Notes: a model not told the origin generated them from the letters alone. A stretch of 64,000 bases of DNA from Lama glama (GCA_028534125.1 CM052817.1:45696001-45760000); one strand, 5' to 3'. Shown: positions 1 through 14,100, counted from the stretch's first letter. Program-made: numbers and translations.

Positions 1-1865
1 GAGGTGACAAAACTGAGGCCACAGTCGACATAAGATGGTGTAATGGAAATGAATAGGGACCATGAAATGGTTGGGTACTTGGGACCAGATCATGGAGAAT
101 TGCTTGTTTGGGATTGACAGTGTGGGGAGGGGGAACCATGGAAGTGCTTTGGGCAGAAGCATGATTTGCAGGCACTTTTTCAAGTTCAACTTTCTCTTGG
201 AAATCACCCCCAGTGGCGTCTGCTCATCTCGAACCCTCTTTTTCTAGGTGTTTGCCCTCTTACTTTCTATGGCACAATTCAATAAACTTATTCTAGTATT
301 GAACTAATACTGACAAATGTAGCTTTGGGTAGTTATGCTTGTACATACAAGACAAAGACACATGAAGTACACTGTTACACTGATGGCTTTATGTGGACAC
401 GTTCTGCATCCTCTCTTGACTGAAAGTCCCTTCAAGCCAAGGATGCCAAGTATATTTCTTTATTTGTCTAGATCCAAAGTAAGTAATGCATAAAATAACT
501 TATTCTTCTGAAAGTGTAGCTATTTTTTAAACTGAACTTTATAAGCAGTTATGGTGCAAAATTAAAACTCCTTTATAAGGCATACAGCTTGCATGAAAAT
601 CTGCTACAGAATTGTTTTTAATTAACGCAATCTAAGCTTGTCTCCGTAAGTTAGTCCTTTTCGCCACTGACCCATCCTCTCAACTCTTTAAATCATTAAA
701 TAACTGCCACTCACATGGAGTGGCAGAGGTAAGCTTTATCAGCATGAGTCAAATATTATCACAACTGGAATCTTTTACTTCATGTTTATATGCTTAGCTA
801 AAAGCCATTTAGTTAATGGGGATTGGTTAATGGGAAGACTTGGGATTCAAACTTTGGGGCAAGATCCCTGATATCTATACTTCTCCACATCTTGTAATCA
901 GAAACCCTGATTTGGGGACTGGCTTTACTTTTCTCTAAAAGCATTTTACCTACTTGGGTAGCATACAGTTAAAAAGCTGTATGAGGAACATCAATCTCTG
1001 TTAAGATCATAAAAGATTTGCATTTGTGTTTCCTTCTTTCCTCATTTCTCTCCCCTGCAGACACATCAGCTGTACTTTAAGGATGCAGGGGGCACAGGTT
1101 TGTAATTGATGCCAACCAGGGCACACAAGTCGGCACAGTTCCTGGGTACCATGGGTTTAAAGTCGCTTGACTTCACTTAAAATTACAACCTTTACCAACA
1201 CAAATGAAGCCTCTTTCCCACCTGAAATTTGTCATAACTACCTGTTTAGGTCGCCTGATCCCAGCTTTCCTTTGAACAAGGCTGGGTTTCTAAAAACAGC
1301 ACACAGCGTGGCTCATCCGCTTTTCCCATAGCATTAGGACAAGCTGACCAGCACACAGCAGCGTCTGATCTGTGTCAAAATCCAGGAGCATTCCCCTCAT
1401 CCAGCTCTCGCTAGACCAAAAGGAGCCCGCAGGGAGCGAGACTTACTCCTGAAACAGGGGCGACCCTTACATCTGAATGCTATTAACCAACTCTCCTTAA
1501 AGACTGCTCCGAATTCAGTCTTGGCTTAACGACAGTTCTCAGGGGACATCTCGAGTATTACGCCAAGGGCAGTAATAAAAGCATTAAGAAAAACAATCCA
1601 GCAGTATTTTATTTGCTAGAGTACCGTAAACAGTAATACTCAGAAATACGGATTTACTTTGTCGCACCTTATTACGGAAGTAAGTTTTTTGCCTTAATCC
1701 AGCTCAGCCATAGAGGGAACTCTCCAAAGTATAAGAGAAATGTAAAAAGATATCAAAATACACCAAGATTTTTTCTTAATGATGTTTCTTTTACTTTTCC
1801 AGGGTCAGCAGAAAAATACTATATTACTATTTTACAATTTTATTAAAATTTAATAAATAATTATA

Positions 1866-1924
1866 GAAAAGAAAGAAAGAGAAAAAAAAAGAAAGAAAGA
1901 AAGAAAAGAAAAGGAAAAGAAAAA
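1866..1924 (+). repeat. (GAAA)n / A-rich low-complexity tract
   Basis: gaaaagaaagaaagagaaaaaaaaagaaagaaagaaagaaaagaaaaggaaaagaaaa. Confidence 0.9.
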
Positions 1925-4621
1925 CAATCTTGGTCATAAAAGTCACTACGGACAGACACCCTTTCCTGCGACCCTGTGCCCTGAGGCAGAGGAGGGTAGG
2001 TATCTCCGTTCAGAGTTTAGCAAAAGCAGTTAACAACAATCTATTCAACTGGTTAGTATGCAGAAACAGGATTTAACTTTTGAGGCTTGATTCCCCAAAC
2101 TTATGCTTTTCTACTTTCTGTGATCAGAAGACCTGGCGTGGAGACTAGCTTTACAAATGCACTAGCTGAACAGTCTTGGACAAGCTGCTTTCCGTCTCCC
2201 GTCTCCCCGCCTCCATGGCCTTATTTGTGTCCCCCTCTCTTCCTGTAAACGAGACTCGTTCAATCATTCACGTGGCTGGCTGATGTTTGTAGATTACTAT
2301 GGGCCCAACTTTGATGAATCACTGGCTTCCTTCAGAATGCTTTTACAAATTAAATAGTGTATTTCAAATGCTTTGTCCATCATGAAGTGCAGTACAAAGG
2401 TCTCAGTCCTGGGCGTCTCTTATCCATAAAAACTCTGAAGCCAGGAAGAAACCTTGAATCCAGAGATTTGAGCCAACCTGAGTATTTGAAATGACTGCGG
2501 ATCTTAAGTTCAAATTTTGCTTCTAGCCTGATCAGGACCAAAGGAATAATGTGATTTTTTTATTGTAGAAAGGAAATTCTAAGAAGGTTCATTGAAATGA
2601 ATCTAACCCTTCCATTTTACAGATGATAAAATAGAAGGCTAAAGAAATTAAAAGATTTGGGTGAGATCAGACTCCATCGGTGGCAGAGCTGGGACTAGAT
2701 ACCTTTGAATTCCTGGTCTGACTTCTTTTAAATTTTCTACCCCAGGTCTCATCCCACGTAAAAGCCTTAAAGCACTGGTGGGCAAGACCCCAGCCTCTGC
2801 TTCAGGACAATGTTTCCAGAATTCAAACATCTCCATTGATGTTTTCTGCCAAGTCCGTATCACTTACACTGTTATTTTCTTAGTATCTGTAAGTCATTTT
2901 TCTCTAGCTGTTTACTACCTATAGCCACAACCTAAGCCACAATAGCTATGAAATGGTGAATTCGATGTGCTATTTTTAGTTTATTTTTTTCTCAAATTCA
3001 TATTGAAACAAAAGCATAGTTTCTATTAGATCCTCTTGCATACTACCTGTTCAGGGACTTAAACCATGCTTTTAAGAACACTGCTCCAGGAACCCCAGGT
3101 TCGCAAGGAGACTGGGGATGAGATGCTGGATGGGGGGTAAATCACTGTCCTCAGAGCCCCTGGAGCGAGGCAGGGAGAACGGAGGGCAGGGAGGCAGGGT
3201 CAGCAGGGCCCGTGTCAATGCCTGTCATGGCTCTAGGGAATGTGGTAGCGTCACACATACTGCTTCCTGGTGAAGGCCCAGCAGGGACAGCTGTCCTGAC
3301 TCAGCCACTCCCCAGGGAGCAGTGCAGACATGAACAGAGGCTGCACTTCTGGGTCCATGGCCCTAACTAAGCCCTGATTTCTCTCCCTTAACGTGCTCTG
3401 TGTCAGTGTCTGCTTCTCATTCTCCCCTGTAGGACAGATTTGCAGTGCCTGGGCTCATAAGCCTATCATAACTCTTTTGACGTTACTTTATATAATAAAC
3501 ATAATCCAGCCTGGGCTGAATTATAAATTCTACTGAGTTGAAAGAACCATATCTTGTGAGTGGGAATTTCAGCTCTGAGTCAGCCCTACCCCAGATCTCT
3601 TGGGAGTTGGGGGAGGTGGCAGGGTTAGAGATTTCTGAGGAATAATTTTTTTAAAAAAAGGACAGAGAATCCCCTCTATTGTTTTTTCTGGATGAGAAGA
3701 CGTCTCCTTCTCCTCTTGTGAAAATTCTGATCTATACTGTGAGTAGATGAGCTATGTCATGTTAGGTCATCAGATCCCTTGACAGAAAGGCGAATATACT
3801 TCTATTTAGGAGTCAAGTCAGAGAGGGGAAAATAAATCCCGACATCTCTCTGCTGACTGAGTATCTTTAATGCAACAAGCATTGAAGATGGCAAAAAGAA
3901 TTCCCTGGGGGTTTTCCAGCTGGGGACGACTGGCTGCGTGGCAGTGGCAGGAGGAGATATAGGCTGAGAAGTCAGCCTTCATGGCCTCTGACTTTCAACG
4001 TTAAGGGGCCACGTTAGGGACCTCAACTCTGAGGTCATCTCTTTGTGAACGCCCTACATAGAGGTGCAAATAATGTATCGGAGGTGACTTTTATCTTCAT
4101 GAAGACTGAAAAAGAGGGTTTTTTGGTTTGTTCTACATCTTAGTATTTCTTCTGTCTTTTCAGTATTTCTGAGATGAAAATGGGGCCTGATCATGGATAA
4201 AACAATACTGAGGGGAAAAATAAACCAGAAAAGTTGGTATATGCCCCTTTTTGAGACTTGTCCAGTCTGCAGGGTGAAGGCTCAGATCCCTTTGGAGTCT
4301 GCCAGACTTAGCAGGTAAGACCTTCCACACTGATATCTTCTTGGTTCAGAAGATACAGCAAGAAGGAAGGAAAAACTTTTCAGAGCCTGAGACAGAATCC
4401 TAACCCTGTTTGCCAAGCAGTGTGCAAGTTTACCATTTTTATCATGGAATACGGCTGGGAAGCCAAGAGTCGCAGTGTCAGGTCAGTCTGTCCCAACACC
4501 TTGACCAAGGGCAGTGACGTTAGTGTAATTACTGTAGCCCAAGGACCCAGGGATCTCTGTGGAGCCATTAGTTTAGCTTTGCCTCCACATAATCAATTGC
4601 CAAGTCTAGGTAGGGATCTGC

Positions 4622-4877
4622 TTTTTTTTTTTTTTTAAATTGAAGTACAGTCGGTTTACAATGTTGTGTTAGTTTGTGGTGCACAGCACAATGGTTTAGT
4701 CATACGTGTATATATAGATTCCCTTTCATAGTCTTTTTCATTGTGAGCCATTACAAAGTATTGAATGTAGTTCCCTGTGCTGTACAGTAGGACCTTGTTG
4801 TCTAACTGTTTTATGTATAGCAGTTAGTATCTGCAAACCTGAACTCCCAGTTTATCCCTCTACCCCAACCCTGGAAA
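4622..4877 (-). mobile_element. 5'-truncated artiodactyl-type L1 3' end
   Basis: Poly-T followed by aattgaagtacagtcggtttacaatgttgtg...gttccctgtgctgtacagtagg, the reverse complement of the L1 tail at 8.4/12.4 kb. Possible short TSD ctgctttt (4618, 4878). Confidence 0.85.
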
Positions 4878-5424
4878 CTGCTTTTGGATACGGTATGTTA
4901 CCAAATTTTAATTTCTTCCAGGCTCAGGCTCCCAAGGTTTTAGAGTTACAAACTTTGGAAAGAAAATAACTTCCAAACTTGGATGCTAATTAAGGGAAGA
5001 AGGCAACCCCTGGCTCTCAGTCCTCCACTCTTCAGGGCAAGTGGAGCCTGGGTAAAATCCTAGCAGCTCAGCCTTTGTGTCCTCCTCCTCTATGATTTAC
5101 TTTCTCCTAGCTAAACATTTCCAGTTATTTGCACTCTTTAACCCCTTTTCTTTGGATTTCCCGTTTCATGAAAGTGTTACTATTTCAAATGTGAGCATAG
5201 TTATTTTTCCCTTCCACACTTTTTGGATTATCCTTTTCTGTATTGTGCTTGCTATAGGCAGGTGTATAAATGGATCTTCATTACCTAATATTTATAGTAA
5301 TAATCCTTTTGGGAGTCTTAAAGTGTTTTTCCAAACATTTTATTTCTTCAAAGTTAAAAAAATCATAGTCTAGAAGACTCAAACCCTTGTTGGTACCCAC
5401 ACTGAGAATTAGGGACCCAACTGT

Positions 5425-5660
5425 AATAACAGTGACATTTACTTAGTGCTGACTGTGTAAGGGACCCTTTATATACCTGTCTCATTTAATCCCAATAAGA
5501 ATCCTATAAGGCAAGTATAGTACTATTACTACTCTCATTTTATGGCTGAAGCAAATGTGGCACTCAGTGATGAATAAATTTGCCAATTCTACTATCTAGC
5601 AAATGGCAATGGTGAGATTTGAAGCAGACAGTCTGATGCCACAGTGTGTACTATTAATAA
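5425..5660 (-). mobile_element. MIR SINE
   Basis: tctcatttaatccc...cattttatggctgaagcaaatgtggcactcag...gatttgaagcagacagtctga resembles the antisense MIR core. Confidence 0.75.
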
Positions 5661-6799
5661 CATTCTTACCCTCCTAGAGCCTGGCTTTGAAATGACCCCA
5701 GAATTTCACCAAACAGAAATATGGCAAAGTGTTTTTGATGGCCCATTGCCATGGACTTACTGAGAGTTTATGATTTTAACCCAAGTTCACCTTATTTTTT
5801 GAGCTTGTGGTCTACCCCTGAAGGCCATGAGTCTGATGATAAAAGCAAGATACTGTTAAATAAAATGCTGTTTCTTATTGGCAAATATTTTTCTTTCCCA
5901 GGACCTGAGAAACAAGGCATGCTGAGGACAACATCAATTTAGTACCCATTATGTGTTCTCCTGATGCAGTACCCCGGAACCTTTTCTAATAAAGACTCTG
6001 GGTTAGTGCTGATCTAGTCTCTTTCCTATTCTTATTTTGTAACTAAAAAGACTCTTTTGAGTCCAGAGATTACAGTAAGGGTTCAGTCTGGATATGGGAT
6101 CAGGTATATTCCAATCAGTTTCCCCAAGGAGCCAACAAGCCATGGATTCATTTATGACATCAGCCGTGCTTATAAGCTAAATCTCATGTTCTCAGTGAAG
6201 CATTTCCAAAGTCACTTTAGTCATATGTGACTGGTGAAAATATTTGAAGCAAGAAAAAGGAAAGTGTTCCTCGGAGACAAACTATCTCAAATTAATAAAA
6301 GGTGATACTGAGACAATTAAAATACGTGATGGAGCTGTATTGCTACTAGACAACATTGACGTAGCTACCTGATTTCAGTACCTTGCCATATATTTTTCAA
6401 AGGCTATTTTGGAAGTATCTTAAAACCAGATTAGGATTTAGGTTGTAAAAGTAAACCAAAGGAGAATTAAAGTAGTAGCGACAAGAGTAGAGAATTTTTT
6501 TTTACCTAAAATATTGTCTGACAGTTGGAGTGCCTTATGGGAGTTTATTTGGAGTTAGCAGGCTTAGAGGTTTAGCCTAAGCTTAAATAATTGGGCAGAG
6601 AAGGAAAAAAAAATGTGAGCGAGGGTTTATAACAATCCATAAACTTGTCAGCCCTGCAGCCCAAAGAGGAGCCAGTATGATGGGAAAAGAGAGGTGTGGC
6701 AGGAATGGGGATGGAAGGGAACTCATCATAGCGGAAGACAGCCCTTTAGACCGTCTGCAATGATGATGGTGTATTAGATGGGTGTGTTTCCATGCACAG

Positions 6800-7162
6800 G
6801 TCTTCAGGACTGAATGTGTGAGTCTCCCCAAAATTTATATGTTGAAATTCTAACCTCCAATGTGATGGTATTAGGAGGTGGGGCTTTTGGGATGTGCTTA
6901 TGTCATGAGGATGGAGCCCCTGTGAATGGGATTAGTGCCCTTATAAAAGAGACCCCAGAGCACTCCCTCACTCCCTTTAACACGTGAAGACACAGTACAA
7001 AGTCACCGGCTATGAACCAGGAAGAGGGCCTTCCCCAGAATGTGAACATGCTGGTGCCTTGATCTTTGACTTCTTAGCCTCCAGAACTGTGAGAAATAAA
7101 TGTTTGCTGCTAAATAACCCAATTTATGGTATTTTTGTTCTAGCAGCCTGAACAGATTAACA
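6800..7162 (+). mobile_element. MaLR solo LTR (MLT1A-like)
   Basis: atgttgaaattctaacctccaatgtgatggtattaggaggtgggg...gggattagtgcccttataaaagagaccccag...agaactgtgagaaataaat...tagcagcctgaacag; homologous to the copies at 20.6 and 28.2 kb. Confidence 0.88.
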
Positions 7163-7254
7163 GGGGAAGGTGCTTAATTTTTCTTTATTTTCAGTTTAAA
7201 GGTTAGGATGTACAAGTCTAATATGTGCATTTATTATTTTTAAATACAGCTATT

Positions 7255-7693
7255 TAGTCATTCAAAGTCATTCATTTACTTATTCATCAAACATTTATTG
7301 AGCACTACAATGAGCCAGACACTGCTAGCTGCTGGGAATTTACCTGCGAGCCCAAACAGACAAGACCCTTTCCATCATGTACCGGAAAGAGCAGTGTAAG
7401 CCCTGAATAAAAAGCCACATGAGTAAATGTATAATCACAAACCATGAAGAAGAGATACAACTGAATTATGACAGTTTGTAACTGGGAAAACAGAGCTGGA
7501 CTAGGGGCCCCAGCAGACACTTCCTGAACAGGTGATGTTTGAGCCCAGACCTGAGGAATGATTTAGCCAGGTGAAGTGATGTGCTGTGGGAAAGTTCCAG
7601 GTAGAAGCATCCAGATGAGGAAAGGCCCTGTGACAAGAGGGAGATCTGCAGGTGTGTGGAACTGAGAGACAGCTGGTATGGGAGATGCAGAGA
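7255..7693 (-). mobile_element. L2 LINE 3' end (runs into the gap)
   Basis: ttcatcaaacatttattgagcactac...gccagacactgcta...gaacaggtgatgtttgagc is a typical antisense L2 tail. Confidence 0.75.
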
Positions 7694-8193
7694 NNNNNNN
7701 NNNNNNNNNNNNNNNNNNNNNNNNNNNNNNNNNNNNNNNNNNNNNNNNNNNNNNNNNNNNNNNNNNNNNNNNNNNNNNNNNNNNNNNNNNNNNNNNNNNN
7801 NNNNNNNNNNNNNNNNNNNNNNNNNNNNNNNNNNNNNNNNNNNNNNNNNNNNNNNNNNNNNNNNNNNNNNNNNNNNNNNNNNNNNNNNNNNNNNNNNNNN
7901 NNNNNNNNNNNNNNNNNNNNNNNNNNNNNNNNNNNNNNNNNNNNNNNNNNNNNNNNNNNNNNNNNNNNNNNNNNNNNNNNNNNNNNNNNNNNNNNNNNNN
8001 NNNNNNNNNNNNNNNNNNNNNNNNNNNNNNNNNNNNNNNNNNNNNNNNNNNNNNNNNNNNNNNNNNNNNNNNNNNNNNNNNNNNNNNNNNNNNNNNNNNN
8101 NNNNNNNNNNNNNNNNNNNNNNNNNNNNNNNNNNNNNNNNNNNNNNNNNNNNNNNNNNNNNNNNNNNNNNNNNNNNNNNNNNNNNNNNNNNNN
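7694..8193. other. Assembly gap (500 N)
   Basis: Run of exactly 500 N. Confidence 0.99.
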
Positions 8194-8403
8194 ATCATTT
8201 CCCCCTTTACTGTATTAAATACCTCATCTAAATATAATGGACATTAACTCACCACAATACATTTTTTTACCCCTTAGATTTTTCTATGTATATTTAAAAA
8301 ATCATTCTTCCCCTTTTGTAGGAGTTCATTCATTTTTCAAATCTGTATTCATCCTAAGAGTTAGTCTGGAGTAAGGAGGTGTACAGCTCAAAGTCCCTCG
8401 CAG

Positions 8404-8547
8404 CAGGAGAGAGATAAATTAGGAATTTGAGATTAACAGATACACACTACTACATATAAAATAGATAATGAGGACCTACGGTATAGCACAGGGAACTATA
8501 TTCAATTTCTTGTAATAACCTGTAACAGAAAAGAATTTGAAAATGTA

Positions 8548-8594
<47 letters not shown>

Positions 8595-8715
8595 GCATAA
8601 CCGAGTTTCTTTGCTGTACACCTGAAACTGACATTATAAAACAGCTACACTTCAATAAAAAATAAAATTAAAAAAATAAAAATGGAAATAATAAAAAATA
8701 GGAAAAAAAAAAAAG
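8404..8715 (+). mobile_element. 5'-truncated artiodactyl-type L1 3' end with internal (TG)n(TA)n microsatellite
   Basis: gtatagcacagggaactatattcaatttcttgtaataacc...gctgtacacctgaaact...aataaaaa plus A tail. Degenerate TSD aaagtccctcgcag (8390-8403) / aaagtccttagcag (8716-8729). Confidence 0.9.
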
Positions 8716-9444
8716 AAAGTCCTTAGCAGGTATGCACACAGAGAAGGGTAGATATCTGTGTCCCTTCTTTCAGGGTGTTTTTAGCACAGTTCATACTGAA
8801 TAACTATGGAGTCAGACTAGCAATTTGAAGTTCAAGGGTCTTCATAAACTGTCACAATGATGAGTCCTTTTTTTTGTTAATGGCAAGTGTAGGATAGCAT
8901 AAGACAAGTGGCCACTTGGATTTTTAAAAGACAACAAAAGAGAATATCTCCTTTGCAGCAGGCAGAGTGACTGTAACTCTAAAGTTTGCACACACAAGAG
9001 TGGGGGCAGTTGAGTATAATTTGGTGTGCAATATTGAGTAATCCCTCCAGCATTTGGACAGCGCCATTCAATTAGGTTCCGGGAGCCACAAACATACCGT
9101 AGTCATAGTTTCCACCCTGAAGAGCTCTGATTTAATAACACAAGATGACCCATATATAACACATCATGGCTCTCTCTCTTTCTCTCACTTCCTTTAAAAG
9201 CAAAACAAAAATGGAAAAATGAAAACGAAAACTCGTTCCTTCCGCACAGCCGCCTTTGGACGGCTGCTGCTGCCACCTGCTTCTTCTCTCGGGCGGCCCC
9301 ACCCCCAGGCCCGGCGGGCAGCACCATGCGTTTGATAACATCCCATATGCGGCTCTCTCCACAGCAGTTTTGGAGGGCACAGGTCCTCCTCAACTTTTCA
9401 TTTCTATGAATGCAGGGCGAATGGATGTGGCAGAAGAAATCCTT

Positions 9445-9620
9445 GGCTTAGGGGCACTCAGGCGAACTAAATTTGAATACTGGCCTGGTCCCTCATGTGG
9501 GAACTTAAGTCACTCAACCTCCCTGAGCCTGTTTCACCCATCACCTGTAGAACAGATACTGTCTGGCTCACCTCACTGGAATGTTCTGAAGATTAGATGA
9601 GGGTTCACCTGTGTCAGTCA
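9445..9620 (+). mobile_element. MIR SINE (diverged)
   Basis: aagtcactcaacctccctgagcctgtttc...ctgtagaa...tgttctgaagattagatgag. Confidence 0.65.
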
Positions 9621-10492
9621 CTAGCCCAGTTTTTGGATCAGATATATTCTCAGTCAGTCTCATAAGAATACGAGTCTCATTTCTTCTGCCTAGGATACTT
9701 CTAATAAACAATTTTCATGGTAAGACAAGCCAAATAAAATCCCCTGAAAGATTGCCTCTCTTGTATTCAGTTTATAGTGAGGAGCTTGTAAAGTCAGAGT
9801 AGTTGAATGACAAGATCTGTCAGTGACAATGGCAAACCAGAAGCCAGGTATAAACTGATCTATATGTTTTCAGTCCTGAACTCCCTGCAATTTACACACA
9901 CGTATTCCTACCAGTTGAACACTCAAAATATAATTCTCGACATTTTCTTCTCCTGATAAAAAGCCTTTGGTGGCTATTAGTGGCTTGTCAGGGAAAGTAA
10001 ATTTTCTCATCATGCTACTCAGGGTCCTCTAACACTTGTCCTGAAGTCTTCCTTCCTGTTTCTTCTTCAGTCTCCTCTTCCACACATCCTGGGATCCACC
10101 AAACTAGACTACCTGCCATGCTGTGCACGTATGGCACTGTAAACTCCAGGAGGGAGGCCTCACCAGGTACTTGACTCACAGTGAAAGCCAAATAAAAGTT
10201 CATTGAAGATGGTGGACATTCTTCATTATGATAAATACAATAAAAATAATAACAGCAATCACAACAGCAAAATAATGATAATAATGCTGATGATAGCAGT
10301 AAGTGATAGTAAAACAACAAGCACAGGCATAATTGAGCCATTACTCAGTGGCCACTATCTTGTACATTTCCTAGTCCAACTAAACCTTATAATAATCCCA
10401 TCATTTGGATTCTACCCTTATCGCATTTTATTGATACAAATACCAAGGCTCAGAGAAATTAAATAACTTCCCTAGTATTGGATGACTGACCC

Positions 10493-11775
10493 TTCATTCA
10501 TTTATTCAACAAACGTGATTGTGGGTCTGACATGTGTCAGCCTCTGTTCCAGGGTTGGGCATGTAACCTACATCTTTCTCTTTGTGAACAAGGTCCCTGG
10601 TTTCACAGAGCTAACAGTCCAGTGGCAGAAAACCAAATAAATGAGATACTGTCAGAAAGTGGTAAGCGATCAAAAGAAAAATTAAACAGGGTAAAGAGGT
10701 CCATGGTGACAGGATTATAATTTCAGACAGGGGATGAGAAAAGGTTCCTGAGGAGACAGCTAAACAGTCTTCCCTGATGAGCCATTAAAGAGCTGGCAGG
10801 AGAATGTTTCACGCAGAGGCAATGCAAGTGCAAAGGCCCAGGGGCGAGGGTGTGTGTGGTAAGTTCAAGAAGCGGTAAGATTGCCAGTGTGTTTGCAGGT
10901 GAAAGTGGAAGCAGGTGAGGGCAGAGAGGCAGGGCAGGTTCAGTGTGCGAACACAGCAGGCAGGACACAGACTCCGGCTTTTATTGATTCAGAAGGGAAA
11001 ACAAATGGAGTGTTAGAGCCAAAGAGGGACAAGCTCTGTCCTGGGTTTTGAAAAGGGTTTCTCCAGTGAGGGCATGGTGAGTAGTGAGATCAGTCACAGG
11101 GATATTCAAGTCCTACCTACGAGAGCGCCATGACAGATGGGCGAGAGGAAATTGGGTTCTGCAGGACCAGATGTGGAGTATGTGTGAGAGGAAAGCGTCT
11201 GGGATTAGTCCATGGATTTTGGCCTGAGGAATCAAAAGACGGAGGTGGGGACTGAGGGGTGAGGAAATCAGCAATTCATCTGACCTATATTACCTCTGAG
11301 ATGCCCAAGAGCCGCCCAAGTGGAGGATATGAGTTAGTTGACAGCTGGGTGTTGACACGTCTTTAGTTCAGTGAAACAAAACAGGGACAGAATTTTACAT
11401 CCAGGAGTTATCAGCACAGGGATGGCATTTTAAGTCATGAGACAGGATGAGATCATCTCAGCAGTGAGTGAGGAGGGAAGAGCAGAGCATGCGCGTGACT
11501 GGGGGGAGGAGACGGCAGTATTGGGCCTGGGGTGCTCCAGTGTAGGAAGGTGAGGGGGTGAATTAAGGCGACAGACTGTGATGGAGCAGTCAGCCAGGTA
11601 GGTGGTGAAACAAGAGAGGGGTGTCCTATGGCCAAGTGGAGACAGTGCTTCAAAGATGAGGGCAGTGACCATCAGCATCAAATGCTGCTGATAGGTCGGG
11701 CTTTGCCAGGACTAAGACTTAACCCCCAGAGCTGGCAGTGTGGAGGGCACTGGATACCTCGACTCAAGCAGTTTT
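10493..11775 (-). mobile_element. L2 LINE, ~1.3-kb 3' fragment with decayed RT-coding sequence
   Basis: Starts ttcattcatttattcaacaaac (L2 tail). The minus-strand ORF 11430-11681 (EALSPLGHRTPLSCFTTYLADCSITV) resembles the L2 RT motif ETLSSLGFxDTTLSWFSSYLTGRSFSV. Confidence 0.8.
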
Positions 11776-12445
11776 TGTGCATGCAGCTGCCAGCTGAATT
11801 CTGAATCCAGGCATGTGCAGCTCACAAGTGCCTGAATCTCCCCCGAATTCTCCTGGGGTCCTATCTCTCCCCACCTCTTACAGCTCAGATCATGTGCTCC
11901 CTCCCTCCATCACAGACCCTGCCCTCATCCCGCCAGTCAAATTTAACTCCCATAGCGTTTGCCTCTTTTTAGAATCATTCATTGGTGACTATGTCTGGAT
12001 ATTATTGAGTGGATGAGTCCTTGGATTCATAGAAATATGCTATGTGAATTCATACAGAATAAGACAAAATGCTAAACAAAAATGTAGTGTTATTACTGCC
12101 ACTCTTGAGGCAGCACAAGAATCTTCAAACAGAAACATCCCCAAACAGTCATCCGTGAGCACAGCATCACGGGGTGCTGCTCAGCCTGCTGGGCTGATGG
12201 AGAAGTGGAGGGGCAGTGCTGCTGATTCGAGAAGTGGTTGTAAGGATTGTGGTTTTAAGGATCTGGACTCTGCCACTTGGTGGTTTGACCTCGGGTGAGG
12301 CACTCCAAACTTCTGGGACACGATTTCTCCACCGTTGAAATGAATGGATTGCATCACATCTGCTCAAAGATCCTACCACCCACTTTCGTTCATTCTCAGA
12401 TCAGAAACTAAGGAATGATGTTAAGAGTTACTTTAAGAGTTACTT

Positions 12446-12771
12446 AAAAAATGATACAAATTCTATTTACAGACCAAAAACAGACACAAGGACATAGAAA
12501 ACAAACTATGGTTACTAAAGGGGGAAGGGTGGAGAGGTACAAATTAGGGGTTGGGGATTAAAAGACACACATTACTATATATCAAATAGATAAACAGGGA
12601 ACTATTGTATAGCACAGGGAACTATATTCAATTTCTTGCAATAACATATAATGGAAAAGAACCTGAAAAGAAAAAAAAATATATGTATGTATATGTATAA
12701 CTGAATCAGTTTGCTGTACACCTGAAACTAACATTGTAAATCCACTACACTTCAAAAAAAATTTTTTAAAA
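12446..12771 (+). mobile_element. 5'-truncated artiodactyl-type L1 3' end
   Basis: gacatagaaaacaaactatggttactaaaggggg...atagcacagggaactatattcaa...ctgaatcagtttgctgtacacctgaaactaacattgtaaatc. Degenerate TSD aagagttacttaa / aagcattacttaa. Confidence 0.9.
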
Positions 12772-13669
12772 AAGCATTACTTAAGAAAGTGCCCTTTCTT
12801 TTTATTTTAACTATAAAATTTCAGAGGACAGATCTTGCACTTATTAGTTCTTTGCATCAAGCACAGGGTCCTGGTTGATGCATGATAAATATTTCCGATT
12901 TAATAGGTCATAGGGGATAAACCCTCTTGGGTCTATGATATGTACACTGGCCATGCTCAGGGATCTCCCTCTAACCTGCCACACCTTCCTCTCGAGTCAT
13001 TCAATCACTCCTTTGTCCATTTACTCTGGATTTCCTACCGGGGGTCATATTCCCTAGGACTATAAAGCTCTGGTTAATGACCCAGCTCTGTCACTAATTT
13101 TGTCTCTTAGCCCTGCTAGCTTTGAGTTGAGGAAATCAAGATACATGGTCTAAAACACAAGCTGGCATATTAGAACAGGACTGTCTTGTATCAGCCCATG
13201 ATCTAGCCCATGAAACTGAGACTGGGACTTGAAGAAAGCAGTAGGTTGTGTCAGATGAGGGAGGTTAGCTAAGAATTTGTGCTTGGTACTGACCTATCAT
13301 GTCCATGGTATCCTGGAAGGCAGCAAAGTGAAGAAAGGGAGACTAGTTAGAAAACTGAAGACATGGTACCATGCAGGCAGCGGTGAGGTCTGAATTAGGA
13401 AAGAGAGGAGATGGGGCCACTGCCCGCACACCTGTTCTTAGATGGCACCTTTGTTAGGGACAGTCCCTGGGACACTGAGTCAACACTCAGTCTGCTCCAG
13501 GTACCTTGTCTTTAATGGAGCTGTTTCCTGCCAGCTGGGAGCATGGAAAGTATCAGACAGAAAGTGGTGGAAAGCAGAGACAGGAAGTACACTTCTAAAT
13601 GCCATGTGATAAGTGCAGGCTGGAAGTGCGAACAGGGCGCTAAGGAGGATGGGGCTGCACAGAGGAAGC

Positions 13670-14100
13670 TATTATTGAACTGCGCGCGTCAGATTCCCTC
13701 CTTTTGACCCTCCAGGTCCACTTCCCACCTTTCTCCACTCTGCTCTCCAGGAAGTTGACCTGTATGGACCACAGTGGGTTTCCTTGTCCTTGGCTTACCG
13801 GGTTGCACATCAGTGGTAGGGGGATGGAGGGCAGAGAAGTGATTCCCTTCACCCCAGAGGTTAACCTTGGGTTAGCTGTGTCCGTCGCCCAAGAGTCACT
13901 GCTCCTCCTAAGGTGGTCTTTTCTGAAAGAGTCTCCTCTTGGGTCTGGTTTCTGGTCTCTCCCTTGAGGCCTGACTCGTGACAGCTCTGCAGTTATGATC
14001 CCCCGTGGTTTTCTTACACCCCAGCTGTACCTTTGTAATTCTTTCCTTTACCCCAGTTTGATTGTATCTCTCTTTCTTGTTGGGACTCTCACTGATATAT
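13670..14100 (-). mobile_element. Old ERVL-class LTR (LTR33-like)
   Basis: Ends tttcttgttgggactctcactgatata and contains ctgacctgtatggac-like and tggctt...gggtt motifs recalled from LTR33. Confidence 0.5.

Noticed and set aside
3284..3297. GGGACAgcTGTCCT steroid-element-like palindrome
   Set aside because: 2-bp spacer rather than the required 3 bp.
7563..8247. Four 188-211 aa ORFs
   Set aside because: Artefacts of translating the 500-N gap.
12421..12445. 12-bp tandem duplication ttaagagttact
   Set aside because: Trivial slippage or junction duplication next to an L1 insertion.
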